Assembly (NCBI GenBank): GCA_964016885.1
Contig: OZ024743.1
Location: forward strand, 10,416,001 to 10,480,000
Length of the DNA stretch: 64,000 nucleotides
Source: Eledone cirrhosa
Taxonomy: Eukaryota
Reading direction: 5' to 3'
This document shows, in pieces, positions 24,543-37,438 of this stretch. The notes under the pieces are model-generated. The model ran no database searches, was not told the origin of the DNA, and saw only the letters and a program-made list of their open reading frames with translations. Numbering within the stretch: the first letter of the stretch is position 1; each line of letters opens with the position of its first letter. The position numbers and the translations under genes are program-made.

Positions 24543-26906
24543 ACCTATTTTACCTGAGTCTGTCTATATGTGTTTATAATCCACTAGAATACATTCTAAT
24601 AAGAGAAAGCAATTTCTAGTTTATAATATCCGATTTCATAGAGCTAAAAGCTTGTTATAGATGGGAAACAGATTGTAGTCATTGGTTTTATTTGAATGAA
24701 GCATTCAATTCTAGTACTGTAAGTTGGCAGCAATGACATTTCTTTCAATCAACTTTGGATCAAGCAAAACTTAGTTTTCAGTACAAGTATGGAATAGACA
24801 TATCAAGATAGATGCCAATTGTCATCATTTAAATTGGTTTCCATAATGTAAGAACTGTATAAATTCCATAACTAATGAAATTGTGTTTAATAAATCTAAA
24901 TGAAAACATTTTCATATCAACCAAAGAAACCTGTCTAGTCAATGACTCATTATGAAAAGGTGTTTCACAGATCACACTTCACTAGTTTTACTTAATATTA
25001 TTCATATGAGATCTCTATAAATTCCCTTCATTTCAAAAGTCATTAGTTGTGGTTTTATTAATTTATTCCCAAAGCACTGCTGTCATAAGAAATTTATCAT
25101 CTTTTTAAGATTGTCACTGATCAGATTTTATACAGTCAAAGTTCTCTATTTATGGTTTCATTTACAATCCTTTGCAATTGAATTCCCTTACATCTATGGT
25201 GTATAACAGGCAGGGTGCTCATGTAGCAAGTAATAATATCTTACTAGAGAAGTGGAAAGAGTGAAAGATAAAGATATATGGTTATAAAGAGAGGCTACTG
25301 ATGAGCCTGGCATTTATTGAAAAAGGAATTGCAGCATGGAATGGATTGAATGCCAAAATGCATTTGTAGCCTTGGATATTGAAATCATTGCATATTAATT
25401 ATGCAGTTCTAATACTAACACATTACATCAACCATACCATGTCAAAATGGAAAATAACCATAACCATATAGAGCAAATAAAAGATGAATAATACTAACCT
25501 TATACTTATGAGAAAAGGAATCTTTCAGACTCCTTATCACTTCTATTCTTTGATATGGTTATAAATGCTAAAGAAAAATTATGAACCTTCTCATTTGAAC
25601 AGATGGCATAAAACTATTTACAAAGGAAAAACTCCAACTGAATATCCTACTAAAAGTTATACATAAATGTAGTCAATATATTAATGGGATAAGACATATG
25701 TGCCAAAATGATCATAGGAAGAAGCAAACTAACTTAAACTAAGAATATTAGATTAGATCCGGACACTGAAATCAGAATAATAGAACAGAACCACTCACTT
25801 AAGTCTAGATGAAACTAATAAAATACAGTCCTCACAAATGAAGGAAGAAATTATAAAAGTACCACAAATAATTCAGATTAATATTTTTAAAAATATGTAC
25901 TCAATTCTAGGAATACTAAATTAGGTGCAATTACATTAGTTATATACTAGAGTTTCAGCATAATAACTTTAAAGTTAAGTGAATTGAAGAGCTTTGACAG
26001 TAATATAGACTGAGAATATTTTGTTTGGATAAATGATTTTTCAGATAACTGATATGATTGTAAACAAAAGAAACCATATTGAACAGAATTACACAGAAAA
26101 GCATGTTTACAGAGGTTTTATACCATTCAATGGATATTGTGCTGCACTTTAGTACAATATTTGATGTCTTTTAATCCAGATATTGTAAAATCTTGCTTTT
26201 TCTTTTTGATTGTCAATGGTGTTTGTTTTCTCTTCATTGACATAGTAGTAATAACAAAAACTCGATTACTTGTAATAAACGTGTGCTCAGAACAAAGTCA
26301 TACAGTAAATGAAAACACTGCTGATTCACCATGCTTTTAAATCCTTCAGCATGTGTGTATCTCATTTTTGTGCCAAATTTATTTTGATGCTGTTTAAAGT
26401 GACCCACTGAGATCAAAATAGCTAAGTGAATGACAGTATATTTGATGACAGAAAACAAATAACGTAATCATCGCACCCATGTTAGTAACACATTTTTCAT
26501 GTAACAACACTATCACTATTCTAGAATGTGGGTTATATGTAGTATGACTAATTAAATAATCATAGGACATTGATTTCTTGACCAAATAATCTGAAATTTG
26601 GATAATAGTATTCAGGGAAAAAAGGTTAACAGTATCTAATTTTTGCATTTGTAGGTAAACATTTTTACAAATGTAATGTATCAAATATAATGTGTAAGAT
26701 ACTGGGTTTTACATATATAATATATAAATATTAATATTTGTAAAAATGATGTTGATATTATCTAGCATAACTTTAAACAGATTTTCTGAAATTGATGAGA
26801 ATTGATTATTTGATATCTCTACTGATATTGTGTAATATATTAGAAACTTGCATTTTGCTAAGTTTGATAAAGTTCTATATTTTCTGTTGCTGTCATCTGG
26901 TCCTTT

Positions 26907-28466
26907 TCATCATCATCATCATCATCAACGTTTAACGTCCGTGTTCCACGCTTGCATGGGTTTGGACGGGGGTAGTCCCACTTGAGGCAAGAGTGATTGT
27001 CTTGCTCGCATAGGACTGTCTGGCAGGTTTTCTACAGTTGGATGCCCTTCCTAACACCAACCACATTTACAGTGTGGGTCTGGGAGGTTTTTACCGTGTT
27101 GCCTACACGGCCACATTACAGCGTGGACTGTGTGTTTTTTTGTCGTGACACCTACACGATCTCATTTGTTTCGGCCTGGATGGCGCGGCACCAACATAAC
27201 TTTACATAGAATGGGGTGGTGTGGATGGGGTGGGGGTGGTGGGACGGGGTGTATTTTGTTAGAGATGCCTACTGGCTGGAGTAGGTTTTACTATATATTT
27301 AGGTAAGGCGGGTCTTCTCTGTTACTGAGTACCGCCAAAGGTCTCGGTCCAGTGACATTGTCTTGGAGAGGTGTAAGTGTGTGATGTCGGAGTTTATCAG
27401 CTCGTCCCAGGTTTTTCTAGGTCTGCCTATTCCGTGACTACCGTCTATCTTTATTGCCCTGCACTTTGTTATACAGCTATCGACTTTCATGCGCATCACG
27501 TGTCCATTCCAACGTAGCCTTCTCTCGAGTAAACAACATCTGATCCCTCTTATCTCTAATTTTTTCCTTAGTTCGTTTCTGCTTTGCCATTCACGTATAT
27601 TACTGTTACACATCCAGCGGAGCATGCAAGCTTCATTCCTCTCTAGTCTGCGTATATCCTCTGCACACAATGCCCAGGTCTCACTGCCATGCAACATTGC
27701 TGTTCGTATGCAGGCATCGTACAACCTGCCTTTCATTTTTAGGGAGAACCCTTTAGCAGCTAATAGTGGTATAAGCTCTCTGAACTTTTTCCAACCAGTT
27801 CTGACTCTAGCTACAGTACTTTCAGAGCACCCTCCCCCACTGCTGATTTTATCGCCCAGGTAACGGAAGCTGTCCACTATTTCTATAGAACCCTCTGCGC
27901 AATTGAAAGAGCTAGTATTTTGTGGGCACTTGCTGCTACTTATTGCACCAGAACACCGGCCACATGTAAAATCTATGTTCTTAGTTAGCTTACCTGTGAT
28001 CCCACTACATCTTTTATGCACCCATACTTTGCATTTAGGACATAAAATGGAGTTTCTACCTACGCCTTTCCTACACACCGAGCACGACCATTTCCCAGAA
28101 GGGACCGCCGCCTTGTTTTCTTTCCTACAAACTAGAACTTTGGTCTTAGCCAGGTTAATTTTAAGTCCTTTTGACTCTAGGCCGTGCTTCCATGTTTGGA
28201 ATTTCTTCTCTAGCTCGGCCATTGATTCCGCTATGAGTGTCAGGTTAGATCGTCTGTGTATAGGAGTTCCCATGGGCAGCCTGTCTTGAACTCCTCTGTT
28301 ATAGCCTGAAGGGCAATAATAAATAGTAGGGGGCTGAGAACAGAGCCCTGATGGACGCCAACTTTTACGCTAAACTCTTCACTATATTCGTTGTTAATTC
28401 TAACCTTGCTGACTGTTTCTTTATACATGGCTTGTATAGCCCTCACAAGCCATTCGTCAACGCCTA
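26907..28466 (-). mobile_element. RTE family A, 5'-truncated within the RT
   Basis: ORFs 28240..28466 and 27299..28273, frameshifted near YTDD, followed by the 3'UTR and (CAT)n tail. Near-identical to 50345-51873. Confidence 0.95.
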
Positions 28467-28726
28467 TTTTTTCCTTTGTGTAAAATATTTTGGGGTCATC
28501 CATTATGACCACAGTTGTTTCTCCTGTCACATTTTTCACTATCTTACCAAACTTGTCATATTTTCTCAATTTCAGTTTACTTGGTTAATTATATCATCTT
28601 CTGTTTTTTGTCATTCTTTCCAGATTTTCTTTACAGTAAACACAACTTTTACTGAAATGATTGCATCTTTCAGAAGTATCCACTAGCCTTTGACATTTGT
28701 AACCTTATCTGTAAGGGATTAGGTAT

Positions 28727-31386
28727 ATCATCATCATCATCATCATCACCGTTTTACGTCCGTTCTTCCATGCTAGCATGGGTTAGACGGGTTGTCCTGT
28801 TGTGGGCAGTGTCTGGTCGGCTGACCATGCCTTGCTCATACGGGAACTGATTTGGCTTGATTTCTACAGCTGGATGCCCTTCCTAACACCAACCTCATTT
28901 ACAGTGAGTACTGGGTGCTTTTTCGTGGTGCCTACATGTCCACTTTACAGTGTGGGCTGGGTGCTTTTTTGCCGTGGCACCTCCACGACCACCTTGCAGT
29001 GGGGTGTGTGGGGGCATATTGTCTATACGCTTCAGCTTGTACCCATGGGAGGTCGGGTACTCTATATTACTGCGTGACGCCAGAAGTCACGGTCGTGTGT
29101 CATTGTCTTTGAGAGGTGTAATTGGGTAAGGTCGGCTTTTATCACCTCATCCCAGGTCATCTTGGGTCTCCCCACTCCGCGGTTTCCATCAACTTCTAGT
29201 GCTCTGCACCTTTTTATGCAGCTGTCATCCTTCATACGCATCACATGTCCATACTAGCGCAACCGCCTCTCCTGCACACAGCATTTGATTCCTCTTATGC
29301 TCAGTCTCTCTCTCAATTCATTTATGCTTTGTCGTTCACGTATATTATTGTTACACATCCATCGGAGCATGCAGGCTTCGTTTCTCTCTAATCTACGTAA
29401 GTCTTCCACCTTCAGCGCCCAGGTCTCGCTACCATGCAACATCGCTGTTCAGATACACGCATCATACAGTCTGCCTTTCATTCTGAGGGAGAAGCCTTTT
29501 GCAGCTAGCAGTGGTAGTAGTTCCCTAAATTTCTTCCATCCCGTTCTTACCCTAGTTATTGCACTTTCTGAACACCCACCTCCGTTGCTAATTCGGTCAC
29601 CTAGGTAGCAGAAGCTGTCTACTGTTTCTACAGGGCCCTCCCAGAGATTGGTGGTACTTGTTTCCTGTGGCTGTTTGCTGCTTGCTGTCCCAGTACAGCT
29701 GCTACATGTGAAGCCTACATTCTTAATTAAGCTTCCTGAGATCCCGCTACATCTCTTGTGTACCCATTGTTTGCATTTGGGGCAGAGAATGGAGTTCCTA
29801 CCTACACCTTTCCTACATACTGAGCAAGGCCATTTCCCTGAGGGGATCTGGGTTCTGTTTTCTCGTCTACTTACAAGGACCTTAGTCTTTGTCATGTTGA
29901 CTTTGAGACCCTTTCTTTCTAGTCCCTGCTTCCAGGTTTGGAATTTATTCTCTAGTTCTACCATAGATTCAGGTATGAGTGCGAATTCATCAGCATACAG
30001 GAGTTCCCATGGACATCCGGTCTTAAACTCCTCCGTTATTGCCTGCAGGACTATGATGAACAGGAGAGGGCTAAGAACAGAGCCCTGGTGGACCCCAACC
30101 TGCACGCTAAATTCCTCGCTATACTCATTGCTAATCCTAACTTTGCTGACTGCTCCCCTATACATGGCTTGTACCACTTTCACAAGCCATTCATCTACTC
30201 CTAGTTTTCTAAGAGCCCACCAGATTACAGCACGTGGAACTCTGTCAAAGGCTTTCTCAAGGTCGACAAATGCCAAGTAGAGTGGCTTACTTTTAGCTAG
30301 GTACTTTTCCTGTAATTGCCTCACAAGGAAGAGGGCATCAGTGGTGCCTCTTCCTGGTACAAACCCAAATTGCATCTCGTCTATTTTCACCCGGTCCCTA
30401 ATCAGCTGTGCTATAACTCTTTCTGTTACTTTCATGACCTGGTCCATCAACTTTATACCTCTATAGTTTCCTCTATCTAGTGCATCGCCTTTACCTTTGT
30501 AGCAGTTGACAATGATGCTACTGCACCAATCTTTTGGTATGGCCCCTTCTAGTATTACCTGGTTAACGATACGTGTGGTTATAGTGTGACCTACAGACCC
30601 AGATGCCTTCAGCATCTCGGCACCTATACCCGATGGACCGGTTGCCTTCCCTATCTTCATATCTTTGATTGCCTTACTTACTACGCTGCCGCTGACTTGT
30701 ACTGCTGGTCCCTCTATAGGGTCTACTTGGGGTAGGGTCTCTTCTTCCCATGCATTCTCCTCATTTAGTAATCTATCATAATGACTCTTCCATGCATCTT
30801 TCTTCTCAGCACTTGTGAGGGCAAGCTCACCTTTTTCATTCCGGATACACTTCTCTCCAATGACATCACAACTATCTCTGACATACTGCCTCGCAATCTT
30901 GAATACCTCCTGTTTCTGGTCCTCACGTTGTAAAACATGCTTGAATTTTCTATCCTCTGCATCCCTATAGCTAAGTATACTTGTCGCCTAGCTTCCTTCT
31001 TGGTCTCTATGTAATGTACCCTGCTCCCCCCGTTCTTCCATTCTTTCCATGCCTGTCTCTTGGCCTTGACTGCTTCATCTACCTTATTGTTCCACCACCA
31101 AGTCACTCTCCTCCTGCTTGAGGTCTTACTCCAGCCACAGACCTCATCCGTCGCCTCTAGTAAATTATTTTTTAGGAACTCCCAGTTCTCTTCTACATTA
31201 AATGTCTCTATCTGTTCTTCTTTACTGTCGTAGGTGTTGAGTAAGATATCTTTAAATCTGTTACTGGTTGAGGGGACTTTCAGCTTCCAGATCTTTCTTC
31301 TCCAGGTTGGCCTCTGTTTCCGGGTTCGTCTAGTTCTGACCGTGAGGTCGCTGACAACTAAGCTATGTTGGGATGTACATTCCTCA
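28727..31386 (-). mobile_element. RTE family B, long 5'-truncated degenerate copy
   Basis: RT motifs NYRGIKL, DLEKAFDRVP, HQGSVLSPLLF and YADE. Stops at about 30765, 29449 and 29254, and a frameshift at about 30960. The 5' junction is at EECTSQH. Confidence 0.95.
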
Positions 31387-31604
31387 CATATACCATAGCA
31401 AATATTTTTATGCCTTTATACAACTTAGATTTCATTCAAAGTAAAATTCTTCCAAGAATGCATACACTCAAGTGCATTCTTAGCTGCAAAAAAAGATAAG
31501 ATTTTTGTCTTAAGTATATAAATATATTAAAATTTATTCTTAATTTCTTGAAATTATCTCCCTTTAATTTTTGATAACCTCTATCAATTACAGCTAGGGA
31601 TTAC

Positions 31605-31960
31605 TCAATAATTGTTTTTTTCTTTACACTTTAATTTTTCTTTACAGTAATAATAATAATGGCAATAATAAAAAAGCAAAGGAAACAAAAGAAAAAAGAA
31701 TAGAAGAATATAGAGAAAAAAGAGAAAAAGAAAGAAAAAAGGAATGGGGAGGGGAGGCGATGGTAAGAACTCTAGTGTTGCAGAAGAGAAGGGAGGGGGA
31801 AAGGGGAGGGTGATTGGGCTTTGGGCCTGGGGCAAGGGGGCAGAAGGGCTGCGCCCCGCAGACAAGACCTCAAAAGCATTCCCACGGACAATGGCCAGTG
31901 ACACCCGCTGCAATAGTCACACAAGCTTGCAGGACTTCTTCCCCAGACGGGCCACTGACG
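31605..31960 (-). mobile_element. CRE-like LINE extreme 3' end with pyrimidine-rich 3'UTR
   Basis: LLQRVSLAIVRGNAFEVL is the terminal QR.S.A..RGNA motif of CRE-type RLE elements. Confidence 0.65.
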
Positions 31961-32522
31961 TTCTGATCTTGGTTTCTTTTCTTGAATAAAGAGAGAGATA
32001 TTTCAATAGTTGTGATTTATTTTTACAGATGTGATTCAGTGCATCAGCCCTTTACATATTTATCTTGATTTATACCAGTGGCTCACTTGAATTAATTCCC
32101 ATAGCCCATTTTATTATTTTATTATTTAATCAAATACAAACACATCCTCACTAGGGTTAATGCTATGAAAAATGCACACAGTACACTCTCTAAGGGGATT
32201 GGTTACAGGAAGAATATCCTGTTGTGGAAATCATGTCAAAAATGTCAGAAGAATCTATAGTTGTATCAAGGACATGACATCTACTCAGGTGTTGGTGATC
32301 TAGACAATAAATGCACCGAGTAGATCTACCGTATATACTCGCGTATAGGTCGCCCCGGCAGATAGGTCGCATACCCACTTTTCATTTAAAAAATAGGCTA
32401 TTTGCCATTGACTCGCAGATAGGTCGCACTGAAATTTGGGCCGTCAAACTACTATTTTTTATGATAATTGAAACTAATAATCTGTTAGCTTTCCATTGCT
32501 TCGCCGTTGCGATATATACTCC

Positions 32523-32693
32523 TGTTATGAAGTTCATCTATCCCCAATATAACTTTGTTTTATTGCATATCTTTCTTTTCTTACAAATATTATTGTTATA
32601 TTTCTTCAAGACTAATTACTGTTTTTATATTCTAGATATTGAATAAAAGCTTGGAATTGGAGCTTTAGTTTTGCAATATTATAACGCACAACA
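32523..32693 (+). repeat. 5' LTR
   Basis: TGTT...AACA ends, AATAAA at 32642, and about 4 substitutions versus the 3' LTR. Confidence 0.9.
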
Positions 32694-32805
32694 ATTTTAT
32701 TCAATATGATATTTGTTACAACTGTTTCGTTCTGAGACTAGACGTTTTGTGGTATTCGTTTCCACCCTTACTCTACCTTCAAAGCTTGCTACATTCTCAA
32801 TACCA

Positions 32806-35800
32806 ATGGCTCAATTAAAAATTCCACATCCAACATTCCCAAATGACCCCACATCCGAGCAATGGCGATGGTGGCGGAAGTGTTTTGTGGATTCCCTACT
32901 CATAAACGGCATAGTAGAGGACAACCATAAATTGACCTACCTTCGTTCACAAGCTGGGTCCGACCTATTTAGTTTACTCGAATCTGCAGAAAACTTCAAC
33001 GAATCACTAATCACCCTGGATACTCAATTCTTAGCCCCCAGTCGTATACTCTATGCCAGACATCAACTCCTAACATGCCGCCAAAAGCAAGAAGAAACCG
33101 TCCGAGAGTTTATTAAAAGACTCAACCTTTTAGTGGAAAAATGTAACTGTAAAGCCATCATAGCTAAAGACCACAGAGATATGTTGATCCTGGATTCACT
33201 AGTAGCAGGAGTCCAATCAGACGCTATACGAGCACGTCTCCTAGAGCTGGACGATACTCAAGCAAACCTAAAAGACTGCATAGCAATGGCAAATGCAATA
33301 GAACTATCCAGTGATTTTACTAAATCATTCAACCTAGACGTCTCTCTGAATTCATCAACACTGTCAACTACATCCTCTCAAGAACCTACCGTAGCAGCTA
33401 CAATATCAAAACAACCTCTTCTGAAATACTTGAAAAATGCTAATTCCCAAAGTGAATTTAAATGCTTTTTTTGTGGACTTTCTAGGCATCCTAGAAATAA
33501 ATGCCCAGCAAGAAAAGACATATGCTATTCTTGTGGGAAGATCGGCCACTGGCAAAATATAAAAGACACCACACTAAAGGCCTTAATCGATCCTGGTTCC
33601 ACAGATTCGTTTATACGTCATAGCATAGCAACTGAATTAAACTTGAGCGTAAAACAAGAAAAACGGGCAATCACACTAGCCGCCAATAAAATATTAATGA
33701 CGACTGGTACTACATCCATACCAATATGTATCTACAGCGAGGAATACTCTGTGAACCTAATCACTGCAAAAAGTCTTGTCGCAGACGTCATTATCGGAAT
33801 GGATGTCCTCACCCAGCATAGCTCTATTATTCTCCACCTTGGCGGTGCCCGGCCTCCCATGAAATTTTCAAATCAACTATGCTGTACCTTTCCGACAATA
33901 GAAGTTAATCCGCCTCTTGTCTTCCACGATTTAGCCGAGACAAATATCAAGCCGATTGCCACTAAGGGACGTTTCAAGAGAGACGACAATTTTATTAAGT
34001 CCGAAATAACTCGCCTCCTAGAAGCCGGTATCATTGAGGAATCAATTTCACCTTGGCGAGCTCAGTTCTTCATAGTACACAGAAAGACTACTCCCAGACA
34101 ATTAATAAGTATACACAATTGGATGCCTATCCATCCCCCGACATTGAGGATGTTGTTAACAAAGTGGCACAGGATAAATATTTTTCAGAATTCGACCTCA
34201 AATCAGCGTATCACCAAGTATCTTTAAGAAAAATCGACAAACCTCTAACGGCATTTCAAGCTAATCACAAACTCTACCAATTCTGCCGCTTACCCTTCGG
34301 CGTGACTAACGCTGTACCTGTTTTTCAGAGAATTATGGATCAAGTTATAGAGAAATATAACTTACTCAAAACCTGTGCCTATATTGACAACGTCATAGTC
34401 ACGGGAAATACCAAAGCTGAACATGATAGAAATGTGGAAGCATTCTTAAACGCCGTGAAGACAGAAAACCTAACTCTTAACTCGGATAAGAGTAAAATCT
34501 GCCAAACGAGTATATCTATACTAGGTTATAACATTCAGAACGGAGTAAAGAAACCCGATAAGGAACGCATCAAAACCCTACTAGACTACCCAATCCCAAC
34601 AAACAAACAACAACTGAAACGATTCCTTGGATTCCTAGCCTATAATGCTAGGTGGATTGCCGATTACTCGAAGAAAATCCAACCACTATTACAAGCTGAC
34701 TCGTTCCCGCTGAATAAAGTAGCTACAGATGTAATACAAGCCATGAAAGCAGATATCTCTAATGCCGCTCTTAGCATTCCTCTTAAAACTGGCCACGCAT
34801 TGGTAATAGAAACAGATGCGTCTGGCGATGCAATCAGAGCTATACTTTCTCAAAACGAACGGCCCGTGGCCTTCTTGTCGAGAACACTTACACCGTCCGA
34901 GAAAAGACAATCAACTGTGGAGCGAGAAGCTATGGCTATTATTGAAGCTGTACGGAGATGGTCGCAATACGTGAAGTGTTTTCATACGATTATACGGACT
35001 GACCAAAAATCAGTAGCCTTCATTTTCTCGAGTAATAAATCACGAATCAAAAATGATAAAATATCTCGCTGGCGTTTAGAACTATCAGAGCATCAATTTG
35101 ACATTGACTACAAACCCGGCTACCTCAACACCCAAGCCGATTGTCTTTCAAGAATCGCTGCAGCTATATCGCCACCCTGTGATTTAAAAGTACTCCACGA
35201 CCAACTAGCACACCCAGGAGTAACTAGATTTTACGATTATATCCGACGCCATAACCTGCCCTTTTCCGTAGACGAAATCCGCGACGTCGTCAAAAACTGC
35301 GTATAATGTTTGGAGTACAAGCCAAAATTCTTCAAGCCTCCATCTGCTAAACTCATTAAGTCAACAAGGCCGTTCGAACGTCTGTCAATCGATATCGTTG
35401 GACCAAAACCAAAATCTTCAAAAGCAGGAAACATACTTATTGACTGCAGTAGACGAATTCAGCAGATTCCCTTTTGCTTTCGGTATGCGTGACATCACCT
35501 CAAACACTGTCATTAACTGTCTCAAACAAATCTTCTCAATATTCGGAGCTCCCTCATTCATACACTCCGATCGAGGAACTCAGTTTCTCTCCAAAGAATT
35601 CGATCATTTCTGCTTGTCCAATGGTATATCCCACACGCGCACTTCGCCGTACCATCCACAAGGAAATGGCCAAAACGAGCGCTACAACGGAGTCCTCTGG
35701 AAAGGAATTCAATGCATAATTAACTCGCGCAAACTTAAAGTAACTAAGTGGGAAGATACCATACCAGAAGTTCTTGCCTCGCAACGATCACTTCTCTGTA

Positions 35801-36466
35801 CAGCGACTAATGAGACACTCCATAACCGCATATTTAGATTCGATCGAAAGGGTTCCTTAGGATTTTCCCTACCAGATTGGCTTAGAGTTGGAAACGACGC
35901 CTATATTAGAAACTTTATTCGTACAAAGAACGACCCATTAGTGAATAAAGTTATTATCGAACAGATGGTGAATGCTAATTTCGCGGTTGTCAGATATCAA
36001 AATGGAAGATCTAGTACAGTCTCAACAGCAGACCTCTCCCCTGGCCCAATTAATTGTCAAAATAATTGTTTCTACTTTAGGCACAAGGCCAGCAATTACC
36101 CAGTACATTACTGGTACTTTATTTTATCGACCCCGTAAGGATGAAAGGCAAAGTCAACCTCGGCGGGATTTGAACTCAGATCGTAAAGGGACGTAACTAT
36201 GCTGGAAAGCATGGCGTCCGACCCTCTACCGATACTGCCAATCCGACAATCAATCCATCCAAGAAAACAGTTCGATTAGCAGTCCTGCTGATATGCCGAG
36301 ACCACTTAACATCGACCACAGTAACGATCTACTCTTAGATGAAACCGTGATTGATTTAAATCCCGTGGCAAATAGCACTAGCATCCTACCGCAAGTTCCT
36401 GTTGACCCCGTGAGACGAAGCAATCGTATACGCGTAGCCCCCAAGCGCTATATTGAAGAACAATAA
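32806..36466 (+). pseudogene. Gypsy gag-pol polyprotein, disrupted
   Basis: Gag knuckles CFFCGLSRHPRNKCPA..CYSCGKIGH; protease LIDPGS; RT SPWRAQ, DYSQTIN, DLKSAYHQV, RLPFGVTNA, YIDN; RNase H ETDASG, EREA, TDQKS; integrase H..AH..C*C, IDIVGP, SDRGTQF, GNGQNER and C-terminal RRSNRIRVAPKR. Frameshifts at about 34085 and 35410, stop at 35304. Confidence 0.92.
36061..36245 (-). mobile_element. Nin/Deu-domain tRNA SINE inserted in the integrase C-terminus
   Basis: Minus strand: A box TGGCAGTATCGG, B box GAGTTCAAATCC, body GCCTTTCATCCTTACGGGGTCGATAAAATAAAGTACCAG, ATT tail. Confidence 0.85.
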
Positions 36467-36479
36467 AATCGGCGAAGAA

Positions 36480-36650
36480 TGATATGAAGTTCATCTATCC
36501 TCAATATAACTTTGTTTTATTGCATATCTTTCTTTTCTTACAAATATTATTGTTATATTTCTTCAAGACTAATTACTGTTTTTATATTCTAGATATTGAA
36601 TAAAAGCTTGGAATTAGAGCTTTAGTTTTGCAATATTAGAACGCACAAAC
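36480..36650 (+). repeat. 3' LTR
   Basis: Direct repeat of 32523-32693, preceded by purine-rich GGCGAAGAA. The terminal CA is altered. Confidence 0.9.
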
Positions 36651-37438
36651 CATCTTTTATTTATAATAAACATTAACGTCATCGAAATCTCGTCAATTTG
36701 AGATTACTGCGAGATAAAGCCTTTAAGCGTGAAAATTAACTCTTAATATAGTGAAACAACTTTAAATAACACTTGTTTTTTAACGTTGAAAGTATAACAG
36801 ATTTTTTGCGTATCAACATGGCTTCCCAAAGTAGCGAATACCGACTTTGAAGGTTTTACAAGAAGCACAAGATAATATTAGTGATTTATCTTCAAATGAA
36901 TCAGACGTATTTATTTCTGACGATGATAGTTACTTTGAAAGTGAAAGCGGAGATCTGACGGACACCATTGAAAATATTACAGCAATGTGGTTGAAAGATA
37001 CAACACCAATACATGTTCACACCTGTTAATGAACTTATATATTGGTAACATTTTGTTACGTAAATTTACACCGTACATTGTGTAAGAGTACATTGCAAAT
37101 ATTATTTTGACTGGTGAAAAGGTTTTATACATTTTTTTCAATGAAAATATTTGCCTGGAATGTAGAGAAAGACTAAAACCTTGTACTGATTATATCTGCA
37201 TTTTTAATTAATTCACCTGTTCGGAAAACTGCTAGAATTGATGGAAGTCAACATCTAGGTCATTATTGAATTTTTTTGCAACAAATCTAACAGGTGAGGC
37301 AAATAAAGTTTAAATTTGTGTGTTTATCCATAAAGTTATTACTTTTACACCTGTTAATTAATAGTTTTTTTCATTTCTTCATCTGTAACTGTGCACTCGT
37401 TATAATAGTCATTCAATTCATTTTCACATTCTTCAATA

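Larger units (their letters stand above)
32523..36650 (+). mobile_element. Gypsy/Ty3 LTR retrotransposon (Mag-like gag) nested in the pogo element
   Basis: Two LTRs of about 171 bp and gag-PR-RT-RH-IN domain order. Confidence 0.95.

Noticed and set aside
26137-26684. Cluster of 67-96 aa ORFs in unique sequence
   Set aside because: No motif, no convincing splice pair, and lengths are compatible with chance.
32515-36660. Target-site duplication of the Gypsy element
   Set aside because: The left flank ACTCC does not match the right flank, and the 3' LTR end is altered, so no TSD is claimed.
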